Shown piece after piece: positions 46,757 to 56,150 of a stretch of DNA of 64,000 bases. Position 1 is the stretch's first letter, and every line of letters starts with the position of its first letter. The stretch comes from a virus (Duplodnaviria; Caudoviricetes). The stretch spans positions 1 to 64,000 of the IMG/VR virus record IMGVR_UViG_3300002839_000006; one strand, given 5' to 3'. The position numbers and the translations under genes are program-made. The notes beneath the pieces are model-generated. The model was not told the DNA's origin. It ran no database searches and saw only the letters and a list, made by a program, of their open reading frames with translations.

Positions 46757-47062
46757 TTATTTCTTCTTTACTTCTGGTTTCTTTGGTGCATTTGGATTTA
46801 CAATATTAATCATTTTACCATTTGGAATATTCAGGTAATTTATGACACTTTCAAATAAAACAGAATCTGCATACGTTCCTGATTTGTCTTTAGGTCTGAA
46901 TTTTCCAGATACTATCTTAATAGCTGCATCTATGCTTTGTGGTAACGCAGTTGTTTGATACACCTGTATACTGTCAGGTTGTTTCTGCTGTTGTGGTTGA
47001 ACCTGTGCTAATGAGATTAAACTCATTGCGAGTAATACTAATAAAATTGATACTTTTCTCAT
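46757..47062 (-). CDS. Small secreted protein (signal peptide, Gln at +1)
   Basis: MRKVSILLVLLAMSLISLA|QVQPQQQ. Confidence 0.65.
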   Translation of the reverse strand: MRKVSILLVLLAMSLISLAQVQPQQQKQPDSIQVYQTTALPQSIDAAIKIVSGKFRPKDKSGTYADSVLFESVINYLNIPNGKMINIVNPNAPKKPEVKKK

Positions 47063-47072
47063 TTTTCTGCTT

Positions 47073-47438
47073 TTATCTACTTATATAAATTGTTGCTTCT
47101 GGATACTCAATACATGCATTCAAATACTCTTCAACGAATGGAACAAAGTTCTCATACATACCCCATCCATTGTCTGAATTGAATTTCTTATAGATTTCTG
47201 GTTCTTCTTTTAGTCTCTTTAAACCTTCTGTTAATGGTTCAATCAACTGCTTAGCAGTAGTTATATCTACTTCTTCAGGTCTCCAAAGTGCATAATAAAT
47301 TCCTGCCTTTGAAGCCATCTCACCAAGATTGTGAGTAATATTTGAAGTGAATACTTGTTCATCTTCATACTCAACTTCGCCACATTTTGCACATTTATGC
47401 AATGCTACTTTGTCATACAAACTTACATCTAAACTCAT
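47073..47438 (-). CDS. Conserved phage hypothetical protein
   Basis: NITHNLGEMA..AGIYYALWRPEE...NGWGMYE motif. Confidence 0.7.
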   Translation of the reverse strand: MSLDVSLYDKVALHKCAKCGEVEYEDEQVFTSNITHNLGEMASKAGIYYALWRPEEVDITTAKQLIEPLTEGLKRLKEEPEIYKKFNSDNGWGMYENFVPFVEEYLNACIEYPEATIYISR

Positions 47439-47440
47439 GA

Positions 47441-47911
47441 TTAATTATATTTGTCGATTAAATATTCTTTCTGATCTTTATACGATGCTAAAAAATCTGC
47501 AACATAATTTCCGATTTCTTGTTCTGAATTACCCTTCTGGTGTCCTCTTACATGATTGAACTTCAACTTTAGTAGTGGTCTTATCTCAATCTCTTTGAGT
47601 ATTGCTCTCCACATATCGGTATTTGCTACGCCATTAAAATCTGTCATCTGCCATCTTACCAGCCTCTTCTCTGTAAATGTTTTGATAATATACTCTGAGT
47701 CGCTAAAAATCTCTGCTTTGATAGGTTGGTCCTTACTGAGTGTCTGAAGCGCCATGTGAAGTGCTCTGCCTTCCATTCTGCTTATTGTGGTGTCTTTATA
47801 ACCTGCTTGGAAATAGTGTTCTGTTTCTCCTTCAAGTATATATACACCTGCACCACCCATCCTTGTTTTGTGGTAAGTTGATCCGTCAACGAAAATTTTT
47901 ACTTCTTGCAT
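47441..47911 (-). CDS. rnhA: Ribonuclease HI
   Basis: FVDGS, RME, SDSEY and HVRGH..N..AD..A catalytic motifs. Confidence 0.88.
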   Translation of the reverse strand: MQEVKIFVDGSTYHKTRMGGAGVYILEGETEHYFQAGYKDTTISRMEGRALHMALQTLSKDQPIKAEIFSDSEYIIKTFTEKRLVRWQMTDFNGVANTDMWRAILKEIEIRPLLKLKFNHVRGHQKGNSEQEIGNYVADFLASYKDQKEYLIDKYN

Positions 47912-48330
47912 TACTCTTCTAATTTCTCTTCAAAGTGAGTAATCGACTTAATAAAATCTGGATCAAGTTTTACTTCTTCACGATCAACATCCTCATAACC
48001 ATCTCCATCACTTATCTTAGACCACTCGGTGGTTACGATTTCTGTATAAGTGACTTTTGTTCCATCCCTACGTTCAACCTTCTTGTTCTTCAGTCTGCCT
48101 ATGATGTGTACCACGTCTCCTTTGTGTAGGAGCTCAACTGCATTGTGGCATATACTGTTCCACATGATTATGTTGTGGAAGTTCTTGTCGACTTTCCTCT
48201 CTCCTATGTTGCCGTAGAAGTCTCTTGTCTTCAAAGAAAATTGGACTGACTTCTTGTTATTTGGAAATTCCTTTTCTACTGGATCATTGGCTACATAGCC
48301 GAGCATTATTACTAGATTTGTTGTTTGCAT
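47911..48330 (-). CDS. ssb: Single-stranded DNA-binding protein
   Basis: N.VI.LGYV..DP, FHNII.W, KGD.V.I.GRL.N OB-fold pattern; acidic tail. Confidence 0.88.
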   Translation of the reverse strand: MQTTNLVIMLGYVANDPVEKEFPNNKKSVQFSLKTRDFYGNIGERKVDKNFHNIIMWNSICHNAVELLHKGDVVHIIGRLKNKKVERRDGTKVTYTEIVTTEWSKISDGDGYEDVDREEVKLDPDFIKSITHFEEKLEE

Positions 48331-48339
48331 GTTCTATTC

Positions 48340-48549
48340 TTAGTTCAAATTTAGATTATATGGCAGTGGAATATACACTGATTTTTTAATAAAATCGTAT
48401 TTACTTGTAATATCAACAGAATATCTCACCTTAAATCCATTACAATATTTGCATATATTACTGGAAGTTACCCATCTATTCAATTTATTATCAAATATCT
48501 GGGATGTCCCCTTTCCATTACATGGTAAGCACTTACTAATATTTGCCAT
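48340..48549 (-). CDS. Small CxxCxGxG zinc-finger protein
   Basis: CLPCNGKG...CKYCNG. Confidence 0.55.
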   Translation of the reverse strand: MANISKCLPCNGKGTSQIFDNKLNRWVTSSNICKYCNGFKVRYSVDITSKYDFIKKSVYIPLPYNLNLN

Positions 48550-48706
48550 TACTTTATTTTTTCAAATATAATATTATTTTCTTGATTCCTCAATGTTTTT
48601 GAATGATCATTTTTCCCTAAACTTATTTGAGTGGGTATTATATTAAAAGCCTTGCATTTTAATAAACCGATATAATTATCACAGTTTAAACATCTTAAAT
48701 TTTGCA

Positions 48707-49672
48707 TTACGCGAGTATTTTATTTTGTTTCTCGATAAGTCTTATCATTACAGCATCTTTTAATTTTTTATTTCTATAAAGAGCATTTGATTCTGCCCAA
48801 AATTCGTTATATTCTGTCATGGCATAGTCGGTATATAATTTTTTAAGTGACACGTCAACCATTACTTCAGAATATCTTTTTGCTATTTCCTTGTTAATTT
48901 TACTTTTTATTATTCTTGAATCAGCCTGTACTGCGTGTGTCCATTCATGCTCAATGACGTATTTTATTCTTTCTTCGTATGTCTCTGCATATTGAGAAGA
49001 TGAAAAATATTCAGGTGATTCTCTTAACGCTTTCTGATATTCATGGAGTCTGTTTTTTAATTTCGGAATATCGCTATCCCATCCTAAATCTTTGTACTCC
49101 TTTATTTCTTTTTCAATATCAGATATATTTCTATTTATCCTAACATAGTTTGATGTGTTTTTATCAAACCCATTTTTGATTTCTTTTGTGTTTATACTCA
49201 ACTCGGCATCATCCCTTATTGCTAAAACGCCACCTTCAGTCCATGTCTTATTTAAGTACTCAAACTTTTTAAGCGTTATTCCTGTTTCTTTTTTTAACAC
49301 AATTAGCTCTTTATTTATAGTATTAATGTCATGTAACGTGAACCCATCAGCGTTTACAGATTTTGATATTGAATTATTCAAAATGAAATCTTCTGCTTTT
49401 ATCATGTTACCCGAAGGAACAAATTCAACTGTATTAATCTTCAATTCTGCCTTTGGATATTCTTTCTTCTCCTCAACTTTTGGCTTGTCTTCTTTTATCA
49501 CCTGCCAGTCATTATTTGAGTCACCAGTGTCTGATATCTTCTTGTACTGTTTGTCTCCATAAGTTCTGATAGTTCCAATAGGTAGCTTTCTTCCCTTCTC
49601 TATGTAGGAGTTGTCCACTCTTTCTCTTTGTGATGTGAATTCGTCCTGTATGTCCTTATGAATGTCAGTCAT
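48707..49672 (-). CDS. Zincin metallopeptidase-like protein with N-terminal head-cargo module
   Basis: IEKG-RKLPIGTIRTYG..W module; IEHEWTH...YAMTEYNEFWAES. Confidence 0.7.
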   Translation of the reverse strand: MTDIHKDIQDEFTSQRERVDNSYIEKGRKLPIGTIRTYGDKQYKKISDTGDSNNDWQVIKEDKPKVEEKKEYPKAELKINTVEFVPSGNMIKAEDFILNNSISKSVNADGFTLHDINTINKELIVLKKETGITLKKFEYLNKTWTEGGVLAIRDDAELSINTKEIKNGFDKNTSNYVRINRNISDIEKEIKEYKDLGWDSDIPKLKNRLHEYQKALRESPEYFSSSQYAETYEERIKYVIEHEWTHAVQADSRIIKSKINKEIAKRYSEVMVDVSLKKLYTDYAMTEYNEFWAESNALYRNKKLKDAVMIRLIEKQNKILA

Positions 49673-49676
49673 CTTA

Positions 49677-49928
49677 TTAATTTAAACTCTGATTACAATC
49701 TTTACAAGGGTTCTCTTCATCTTCATAAAACTCTTCACATAATCTAAGATATTCTGTTTTGGCTACGTCTAAGATACCAATACCTTCATAAGTATTGTAG
49801 GATCCAAAGATAGTTGCTTGAACAGCTATAAATTCTGCCATGTCAGCTTTCTCTCCTTTTGGTGTTTCTTGAATTGTCTTCTGTATGAAATCAGAGACCT
49901 TATCTTTTAAACTTTTCTTTTCTGCCAT
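49677..49928 (-). CDS. Hypothetical protein
   Basis: ORF track. Confidence 0.55.
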   Translation of the reverse strand: MAEKKSLKDKVSDFIQKTIQETPKGEKADMAEFIAVQATIFGSYNTYEGIGILDVAKTEYLRLCEEFYEDEENPCKDCNQSLN

Positions 49929-49931
49929 ATT

Positions 49932-50360
49932 CTATTTTATTAATTCGTTTACGATTGAATTGATAGCTTGATAATCCTTTACACGGTTGTGAGCCTTCTT
50001 GTGATTGATAACTGACATCACCGTACCATATTTGATATAATTCATGTAGACAAAAGGACGTGTAAATTTCTCAACTACAAATGCATTGAATTTAACTCCT
50101 TTGTACATGAAATCAAATCTTGAACCTTCACTATAGTTTTTACATTCACTTGGTGAACCAATTGAAAGAAAAGCTAATCCTATAAGTACATTTGTGTTTG
50201 ACTTCTCAACTTCTATATCAATATCAGTGATAGGGAGATCAAAACCACCACACATAACTAATGCCATTGAACCACCTACGATGAAGTCTTTTACAAGATT
50301 ATTTCTAAAATCTATGATGACTTCTTCTAACTCTTGAAACTTTAACTGTCTTTCTTCCAT
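49932..50360 (-). CDS. Nucleotidyltransferase-fold protein
   Basis: FIVGGSMAL...TDIDI (GS..DxD); preceded by promoter motif at 50387-50447. Confidence 0.6.
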   Translation of the reverse strand: MEERQLKFQELEEVIIDFRNNLVKDFIVGGSMALVMCGGFDLPITDIDIEVEKSNTNVLIGLAFLSIGSPSECKNYSEGSRFDFMYKGVKFNAFVVEKFTRPFVYMNYIKYGTVMSVINHKKAHNRVKDYQAINSIVNELIK

Positions 50361-50452
50361 TTTCTTCTCGTTTTTGAATTATACCGTAAAATTAAATAAA
50401 ATTTCAATACAAACCATTTTTATTATAAAATAACTCTTAATTTATAATCGTT

Positions 50453-52204
50453 TTAAATAAATTCCTCAATCAAGTCTTGCATATACTTCTGAGTATAAAC
50501 CTCTTGATGTGCATTTACTTGGTCTGTCACCTTTCTCTTTTTAAGTAGCATCTTCCACATTTTATCGTCTATTGAACAGTTACCCAATAAATAATAAATA
50601 CTCATCTTGTGTTCCTGACCATCACGATCTATACGAGAAGTTAACTGGTCGACGTCCGTCCAACGCCATGGTAATTCATATACCATCATATTGGAACATA
50701 TGAATTGCAGTCCATCTACACCTACACCACCTGTGAGCATATTCATGAATAGTATACGTTTGCTATTCACTTGGAAGTCATCTACTATCTCTTGTCTCTT
50801 CTTAGGGTTGACATCTCCGATAAGGTGATCACATTTATATTTCTTGGATAGGAGTTTGATATTCTCAACATACAACCCTGCTACCACTAATTTCTCCGTA
50901 GAGGACTCTAAGAAGTCATCCAACCACTCAATCAACTCATTCATCTTGCCATCGGCAGAAAGTTTCCTGAGGGTATTTATAAGGACTAATTGCTCAGCAT
51001 TCTCTGCACTATCAGCTTTCAATTGCCCTTGCTTTCTTCTTATGTAGGAGATCAAATCAACTTCTGCTGATTTATATTCTTTCTCGTTACTTATATCTAC
51101 ATTCAATATAGTTTCTTCCATGTCAGGAAGCTCAGTTAATACCTCTCTCTTTTGTACCCGGAAATAACATTGTTGTCTTAGTTTCTGATTTAGTTCAAGT
51201 GTGTTTGTCGCACCTGAAGTATCTATCCCATATTGGGTCTCTGTTGCTCCGCAGTATCTATATACAAAGTCTCTCCAATTACCAAATATAGAATCGAATT
51301 GGCTTATTATTCCGAGTGGTGTTATGATCTCTACAGGTCTGTTCATAATAGCAGTCCCTGTAAGTAGGAACCTGTAGTCTATCTTCTTTGAGAGCTTCTT
51401 AATAGCCTTTGTTCTTATTGCTGTGTTATTCTTTAGATATTGTGATTCATCAGCTATAAAACTCTTAAATAGGAGTCCATCCATCTGCTCGTACTTGTAG
51501 ATTATCTTCTCTTTTTCCTCATCTTTTACTTTCTCAATGATCTTCTTACCTACAGCATTGTAAGTCATAATCAATACGTCAGCAGTGAAATCTGAGTCTT
51601 TGTTCTCTATTACTGATACCGATCTATTTGGGTTCACCCTCTTCCATTGTTTCTCCCAATTATACTTCACTGATGAGGGGACTACTGCTACGCAGGGAAA
51701 TAGGTTCTCAAGCTCTATAGTGAATATAGTGGTGAATGTTTTGCCTGTTCCTTGCTCAGAGCCATTTATACATCTCTTGCTTATCAGATTGTATGCTATC
51801 CCTCTTATTTGATATGGTCTGGGATACAATAGTAATTGTTTAGATTGTTGTAAGGCTTCTAATTGTTCATTCAGTGATGGTATCCTTTGGTCTAACACCG
51901 TCTCTATATCATTTAATAGGATTATGTCGTTCTCTGGTGAACCTGTGTTAGACACGCTTAAATTAACTAATTCATATTTCTCAATAAGAGCTTTTACTTG
52001 TGTAGAAGAAGAAAAAGAAATAGGGGCATCCCAACACTTCTTATCCATATCATACTTCCTACCCACTATCTCTTTCACATCTGATATGAAATCTGAATTA
52101 TATCTGGTAGTGAAGTATATTCTCTCATTCTTTATTATGTAGGAGCCAAGTGAACTCATAATGTCGAAATTTAATGTTAAAAATAAAAAGATTTGTACCG
52201 ACAT
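50453..52204 (-). CDS. SNF2-family (HARP/SMARCAL1-like) helicase
   Basis: PRPYQ, EQGTGKT, IADESQY, LTGTAIMN, GGVGVDGL and QLTSRIDRDGQ motifs; real start probably ATG at 52159 (MSSLGS). Confidence 0.88.
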   Translation of the reverse strand: MSVQIFLFLTLNFDIMSSLGSYIIKNERIYFTTRYNSDFISDVKEIVGRKYDMDKKCWDAPISFSSSTQVKALIEKYELVNLSVSNTGSPENDIILLNDIETVLDQRIPSLNEQLEALQQSKQLLLYPRPYQIRGIAYNLISKRCINGSEQGTGKTFTTIFTIELENLFPCVAVVPSSVKYNWEKQWKRVNPNRSVSVIENKDSDFTADVLIMTYNAVGKKIIEKVKDEEKEKIIYKYEQMDGLLFKSFIADESQYLKNNTAIRTKAIKKLSKKIDYRFLLTGTAIMNRPVEIITPLGIISQFDSIFGNWRDFVYRYCGATETQYGIDTSGATNTLELNQKLRQQCYFRVQKREVLTELPDMEETILNVDISNEKEYKSAEVDLISYIRRKQGQLKADSAENAEQLVLINTLRKLSADGKMNELIEWLDDFLESSTEKLVVAGLYVENIKLLSKKYKCDHLIGDVNPKKRQEIVDDFQVNSKRILFMNMLTGGVGVDGLQFICSNMMVYELPWRWTDVDQLTSRIDRDGQEHKMSIYYLLGNCSIDDKMWKMLLKKRKVTDQVNAHQEVYTQKYMQDLIEEFI

Positions 52205-52296
52205 TTTTTGTCGGTCTACTTCCTACCCTTTAACTTATACTATAGAATATATAAATAATATATAATAATAATATAAGCATATATCCTAATAGTCTC

Positions 52297-52377
52297 TTAT
52301 ATGGGGTATTTTGTATATTATAATACCTAATTAGTAGATTATAGGGGCAAATTAATCTATTATAAGGGGTAATTAAT
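52297..52377. repeat. Three imperfect direct repeats TTATA(T/-/A)GGGG(T/C)A in an AT-rich tract
   Basis: Copies at 52297, 52339 and 52360. Confidence 0.55.
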
Positions 52378-52380
52378 ATA

Positions 52381-52764
52381 TTAATTGCCAAACTCTTTCT
52401 TAAGTTCATCAAAAACTGACTTTCTATACTCTTTAGACTCATCAGTAAGAAAGACCTTTACATGATTAATAGTAATGTATCTCTTATCAACTTCTTTCGG
52501 AGAATGAGACTTATAAGAATAAGTAACATCAATATATTTAAGATCCCTCAACTTACTTAGAATTTGACTGACCCTACTCTTACTTAACCCCATAAAATCA
52601 GCCAGCCATGCATTAGAAGCAAAGAACCCAAATTTTGTTTTACTGAAAGAATTTATTTCTGCCAGAACAAACTTCTCAGCTATTAATAAATCTTCTGCAT
52701 TCCATATAGCAGCTGGAATCCAAATCCCTACAAATCCTCTTTCATTATTTTTTATTTCTTCCAT
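52381..52764 (-). CDS. HTH protein resembling the N-terminal domain of phage replication initiators
   Basis: EKFVLAEINSF..FFASNAWLADFMGLSKSRVSQILSKL..LKYI. Confidence 0.7.
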   Translation of the reverse strand: MEEIKNNERGFVGIWIPAAIWNAEDLLIAEKFVLAEINSFSKTKFGFFASNAWLADFMGLSKSRVSQILSKLRDLKYIDVTYSYKSHSPKEVDKRYITINHVKVFLTDESKEYRKSVFDELKKEFGN

Positions 52765-52783
52765 TTTTATTTAAATAAAGTCA

Positions 52784-53374
52784 TTAATTCTCGTCTTTTA
52801 ATATTTTTAAATAGTTATCTTCATTAGTCCAACAAAGATCATTTAAAGGAACATTTTTTAATCTCTCATCACGTTTTTTACGCTTTTCATCATCTATAAT
52901 TTTTTGTTTTTCCCACCTGTGTTGATCTTCAATAGAACTACAACTTGATTTATGACTATAATAAGATCTTATAAAAACAATTCCTTTAGAATCAACATAA
53001 GGGATATCACCTATAAAAACAACATTGAAACTTCTACCATGAACATTATTTCTGTATAAACCATCAAATGGTAAAAATCTTAAATTAGAAGATATCATTC
53101 TGTTGTATTTAGGTCTAAGAAAGAAAATTAAATATGATTCAAAGAATAGTGCTCTTTTCTTATTAACCTTTCTAATAAATATTTTATTGAAAATTTTGTT
53201 ACTTGAAATGTGATCAACAAGCCTATGATTTACTTTAAAAGTCTGACCTACATAAACTATATCTTCATCATTTACTAGTAAATAAATAAAATATTGCCCT
53301 GGACAATCTATAAAGAATTCCTCTTTAGGGTTGATTTCAATGAATTTCTTTAAATTAATTTTACTGATGTTCAT
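52784..53374 (-). CDS. GIY-YIG-superfamily nuclease domain protein
   Basis: FIYLLV..EDIVYVGQT..RL..H...E...PKYN. Confidence 0.7.
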   Translation of the reverse strand: MNISKINLKKFIEINPKEEFFIDCPGQYFIYLLVNDEDIVYVGQTFKVNHRLVDHISSNKIFNKIFIRKVNKKRALFFESYLIFFLRPKYNRMISSNLRFLPFDGLYRNNVHGRSFNVVFIGDIPYVDSKGIVFIRSYYSHKSSCSSIEDQHRWEKQKIIDDEKRKKRDERLKNVPLNDLCWTNEDNYLKILKDEN

Positions 53375-53511
53375 GTTTGATATTTTTAATTTATGTCACT
53401 AAATAAAAACCTAAAGGGTAATCGAGACGTGTGACACCGAAGTCGAAAGAGAGCTACTCCTGTCCCCTGAAAGGAATTATAAAATTAATATAAATTTTTG
53501 AATAATTAAAA

Positions 53512-53829
53512 TTACTTCTTTTCCGCCTCTTTTCTTTGTCTTAGATATCCAACTATATCTGAAATGTCCCAGCCATCTCTATCATCTTCAAATATAGATG
53601 AGAAGTCGATATAGGAATTATCGCATCCCATATCATCTCCAGCAGGACTATGTTCAAGCATGGCAGACACTTCTTCAAACTTGTCTTCTTTAATAAGTTC
53701 TACTACTGTTTCTAGAATTTCAAGTGCTGCTTCTTTGCACTTTTCAAATTGAATCTTATAGATTTCTTTCTCTGAGACTCCGAATTGTTTCAGATATCTC
53801 TGCGTTTCTTCTTCAAATATTTTGTCCAT
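53512..53829 (-). CDS. Hypothetical protein
   Basis: ORF track. Confidence 0.55.
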   Translation of the reverse strand: MDKIFEEETQRYLKQFGVSEKEIYKIQFEKCKEAALEILETVVELIKEDKFEEVSAMLEHSPAGDDMGCDNSYIDFSSIFEDDRDGWDISDIVGYLRQRKEAEKK

Positions 53830-53835
53830 CGCTTT

Positions 53836-54156
53836 TTATTTTTTAACAGGTTTTTCAGTTTTATACTTCCCGATTATATGGCTTCCAAATGGTGTATCTT
53901 GAAAATCAAGTAGTGAGTATTTGTCAATATTTTTAGGTCTGTGCTCCATGATCATATCTATCACGCTGTTTGGTGACTTATATTTTCTGTAAACAACACC
54001 ATTTCTTTGCATTGATCTAATCTCTTCTTGATCGCAAGCATTCATCCACATTGTTGAAGTCTTTGGCTGGTAACAAACATAAACGGGATTAAGAAAACTG
54101 TGTGTAGATGAGAACTCAATATAATTATCTCCATATTGTATCTGGACGTAACTCAT
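53836..54156 (-). CDS. Hypothetical protein
   Basis: ORF track. Confidence 0.55.
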   Translation of the reverse strand: MSYVQIQYGDNYIEFSSTHSFLNPVYVCYQPKTSTMWMNACDQEEIRSMQRNGVVYRKYKSPNSVIDMIMEHRPKNIDKYSLLDFQDTPFGSHIIGKYKTEKPVKK

Positions 54157-54158
54157 TT

Positions 54159-56147
54159 CTATATCTTTTTAAATTGTTCGATAGTCATTATCTTACACCC
54201 TACTTCTCTTGCTTTGACAGTCTTGGATGATTTTGAATTGAGATCTAAAACAACTAAATAAGTTGTGTTTTTAGATACACTGCTTACTATTTGACCACCC
54301 TGTGCAGTTATTTCATCCTCTAATTTTTTGTCACGCACTCCGGAAAAGCAGAAACTTAGATTCGCATATTTATTGCCTCTAACAACTTTTTCTGGTGTAG
54401 TGATATAACTTATAGGGATAGAAGTTTCCATGTGGGAGAACTTATCTAAACCATTGAGATAACATTGCGCTGTGGTGTCTGATACTCCTTTTATTTTTAT
54501 AAGATCATAGGAGTTGACTTCACCAAAAACATACTTAGTTTCATCCAATATCAGTTGAGCAGTCTTTTCGCCTATACCACCTTCAAATACATCACATGCA
54601 TACATCAGTCTTGCAAGTGGAACACCTGTTGACTTTAGTTTTTCAAACTGAGAAATAATAGTTTCAGCTGAAGTTTCACCTAACCCTGGGATGATAGAAT
54701 ATTGGAGCCTGTCCATATTTAAAATAGAATAAGGAGAAGTATAATCATTATTGAAAAGTGTCTGAATAGTTGGTCTTCCCATTTCTTCTATCTCTAAGGC
54801 AGTGAAGAAGTGTTCTAGTTTTGATACCAGCATCTGTTCGCAATCAGGATTAGAACAAATTAGTTCAACTTTATTTTCATCCCATTGCATTAATTCACCA
54901 CAGGAAGGACAATAACCAATAGCTTCGTTAAAGCATATTAAGTTTGGATTAGCTCCTACTACCGCTTCAATTGCGATACAAGTTGATTTATAATGACTTT
55001 CATATAATTTCTGATCTTTGTATTCTGACTTAATAGGTAATTTGATACCTTCAACTTTTACTATCTTCGGTATTATCTCCCCAGATTTCTTTACTGTGAT
55101 ATTTACTCTATCACAAAGACACATATCAAGAAGAAATTTAGCATTATAAAAAGAAGCCTGTTTCACTTCTGTACCATTTATGATGACTGGTTCAAATGTT
55201 ACTACACCCTTCAGTTTACCTTGTTTTGAGATAGTAAAATTATGACCAGTGATGACAGTATTAAACTCTTCTACCCACTTGTCAAGTTTCAATGCTCTTG
55301 CATATGCAGGGTTACCATTCAGTTCCCTACCGAGTTTGTTCCTTAAAGTGAATCTGTCAATATCAATAACAAGACCATCAATAGGATAAACCTTGTTATT
55401 TTCTTCATAAAATGCATCAAGAAATTCTTCTGTGAGATCTCCAAGTTCAATTACTGAATATTCAACGTTTGAACCGTATTCATCTTCTAAAACATTAAGT
55501 TGGTTGTGTTTATTACCAAATTCTTCAATACCGTCAAATATACTGTATCTTACAAAATCAATGTAGGAGAGTTCTCCAGTGGCATCATCCATATTTAGAA
55601 GACCTGACACTGTAGCATTGTTTAACTTGTAAACAGTTCCCCTTGGTGAAATCTTACCTTTGAAATGTTTATCCCAATTTTTTCTACTAATGATTGCTTC
55701 ACCTACAGTGACTTCGTCAGAAACAGGTTTCATCTCAATAAGATTGAAATGTTTATCACAATCTTGGCCATATTCACCATCACCTCTTGTAGAGTAGGAC
55801 TGGTTTCTACAATCGTTGAGAATAGAGATACCATTGTATTTAGGAGTGATGACAATCAATTCATCATCTTTGCAGCCAAGTGAGGATAACCAGTCTTTGA
55901 TCTCTTGAACAGATTTACACTTGTTCATTGACATCATAGGGATAGCCAATTTACGCATCCTTGGGTTAGACTTAACTGTTTCGATGATACCCTTTTTGAA
56001 TATAGGGTTGGTTGGATCAATCTCTTTTAGTTTGTCCAGTAGGAGATCATATTCTTGATCTGTGACTTGTTGGTTACCTGCTCGGTATTCTTCATTTAGG
56101 TAAGTGATCTCACCTACTAGTTCCGAAATTTGATTTGTGTCTTTCAT
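54159..56147 (-). CDS. ligA: NAD-dependent DNA ligase
   Basis: TDQEYD, PMMSMNK, PKYNG, TRGDG.G.D, PIDGLV, SGEIIPKI, Zn finger, HhH and BRCT (FCFSG..VSKNT). Confidence 0.92.
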   Translation of the reverse strand: MKDTNQISELVGEITYLNEEYRAGNQQVTDQEYDLLLDKLKEIDPTNPIFKKGIIETVKSNPRMRKLAIPMMSMNKCKSVQEIKDWLSSLGCKDDELIVITPKYNGISILNDCRNQSYSTRGDGEYGQDCDKHFNLIEMKPVSDEVTVGEAIISRKNWDKHFKGKISPRGTVYKLNNATVSGLLNMDDATGELSYIDFVRYSIFDGIEEFGNKHNQLNVLEDEYGSNVEYSVIELGDLTEEFLDAFYEENNKVYPIDGLVIDIDRFTLRNKLGRELNGNPAYARALKLDKWVEEFNTVITGHNFTISKQGKLKGVVTFEPVIINGTEVKQASFYNAKFLLDMCLCDRVNITVKKSGEIIPKIVKVEGIKLPIKSEYKDQKLYESHYKSTCIAIEAVVGANPNLICFNEAIGYCPSCGELMQWDENKVELICSNPDCEQMLVSKLEHFFTALEIEEMGRPTIQTLFNNDYTSPYSILNMDRLQYSIIPGLGETSAETIISQFEKLKSTGVPLARLMYACDVFEGGIGEKTAQLILDETKYVFGEVNSYDLIKIKGVSDTTAQCYLNGLDKFSHMETSIPISYITTPEKVVRGNKYANLSFCFSGVRDKKLEDEITAQGGQIVSSVSKNTTYLVVLDLNSKSSKTVKAREVGCKIMTIEQFKKI

Positions 56148-56150
56148 TTG

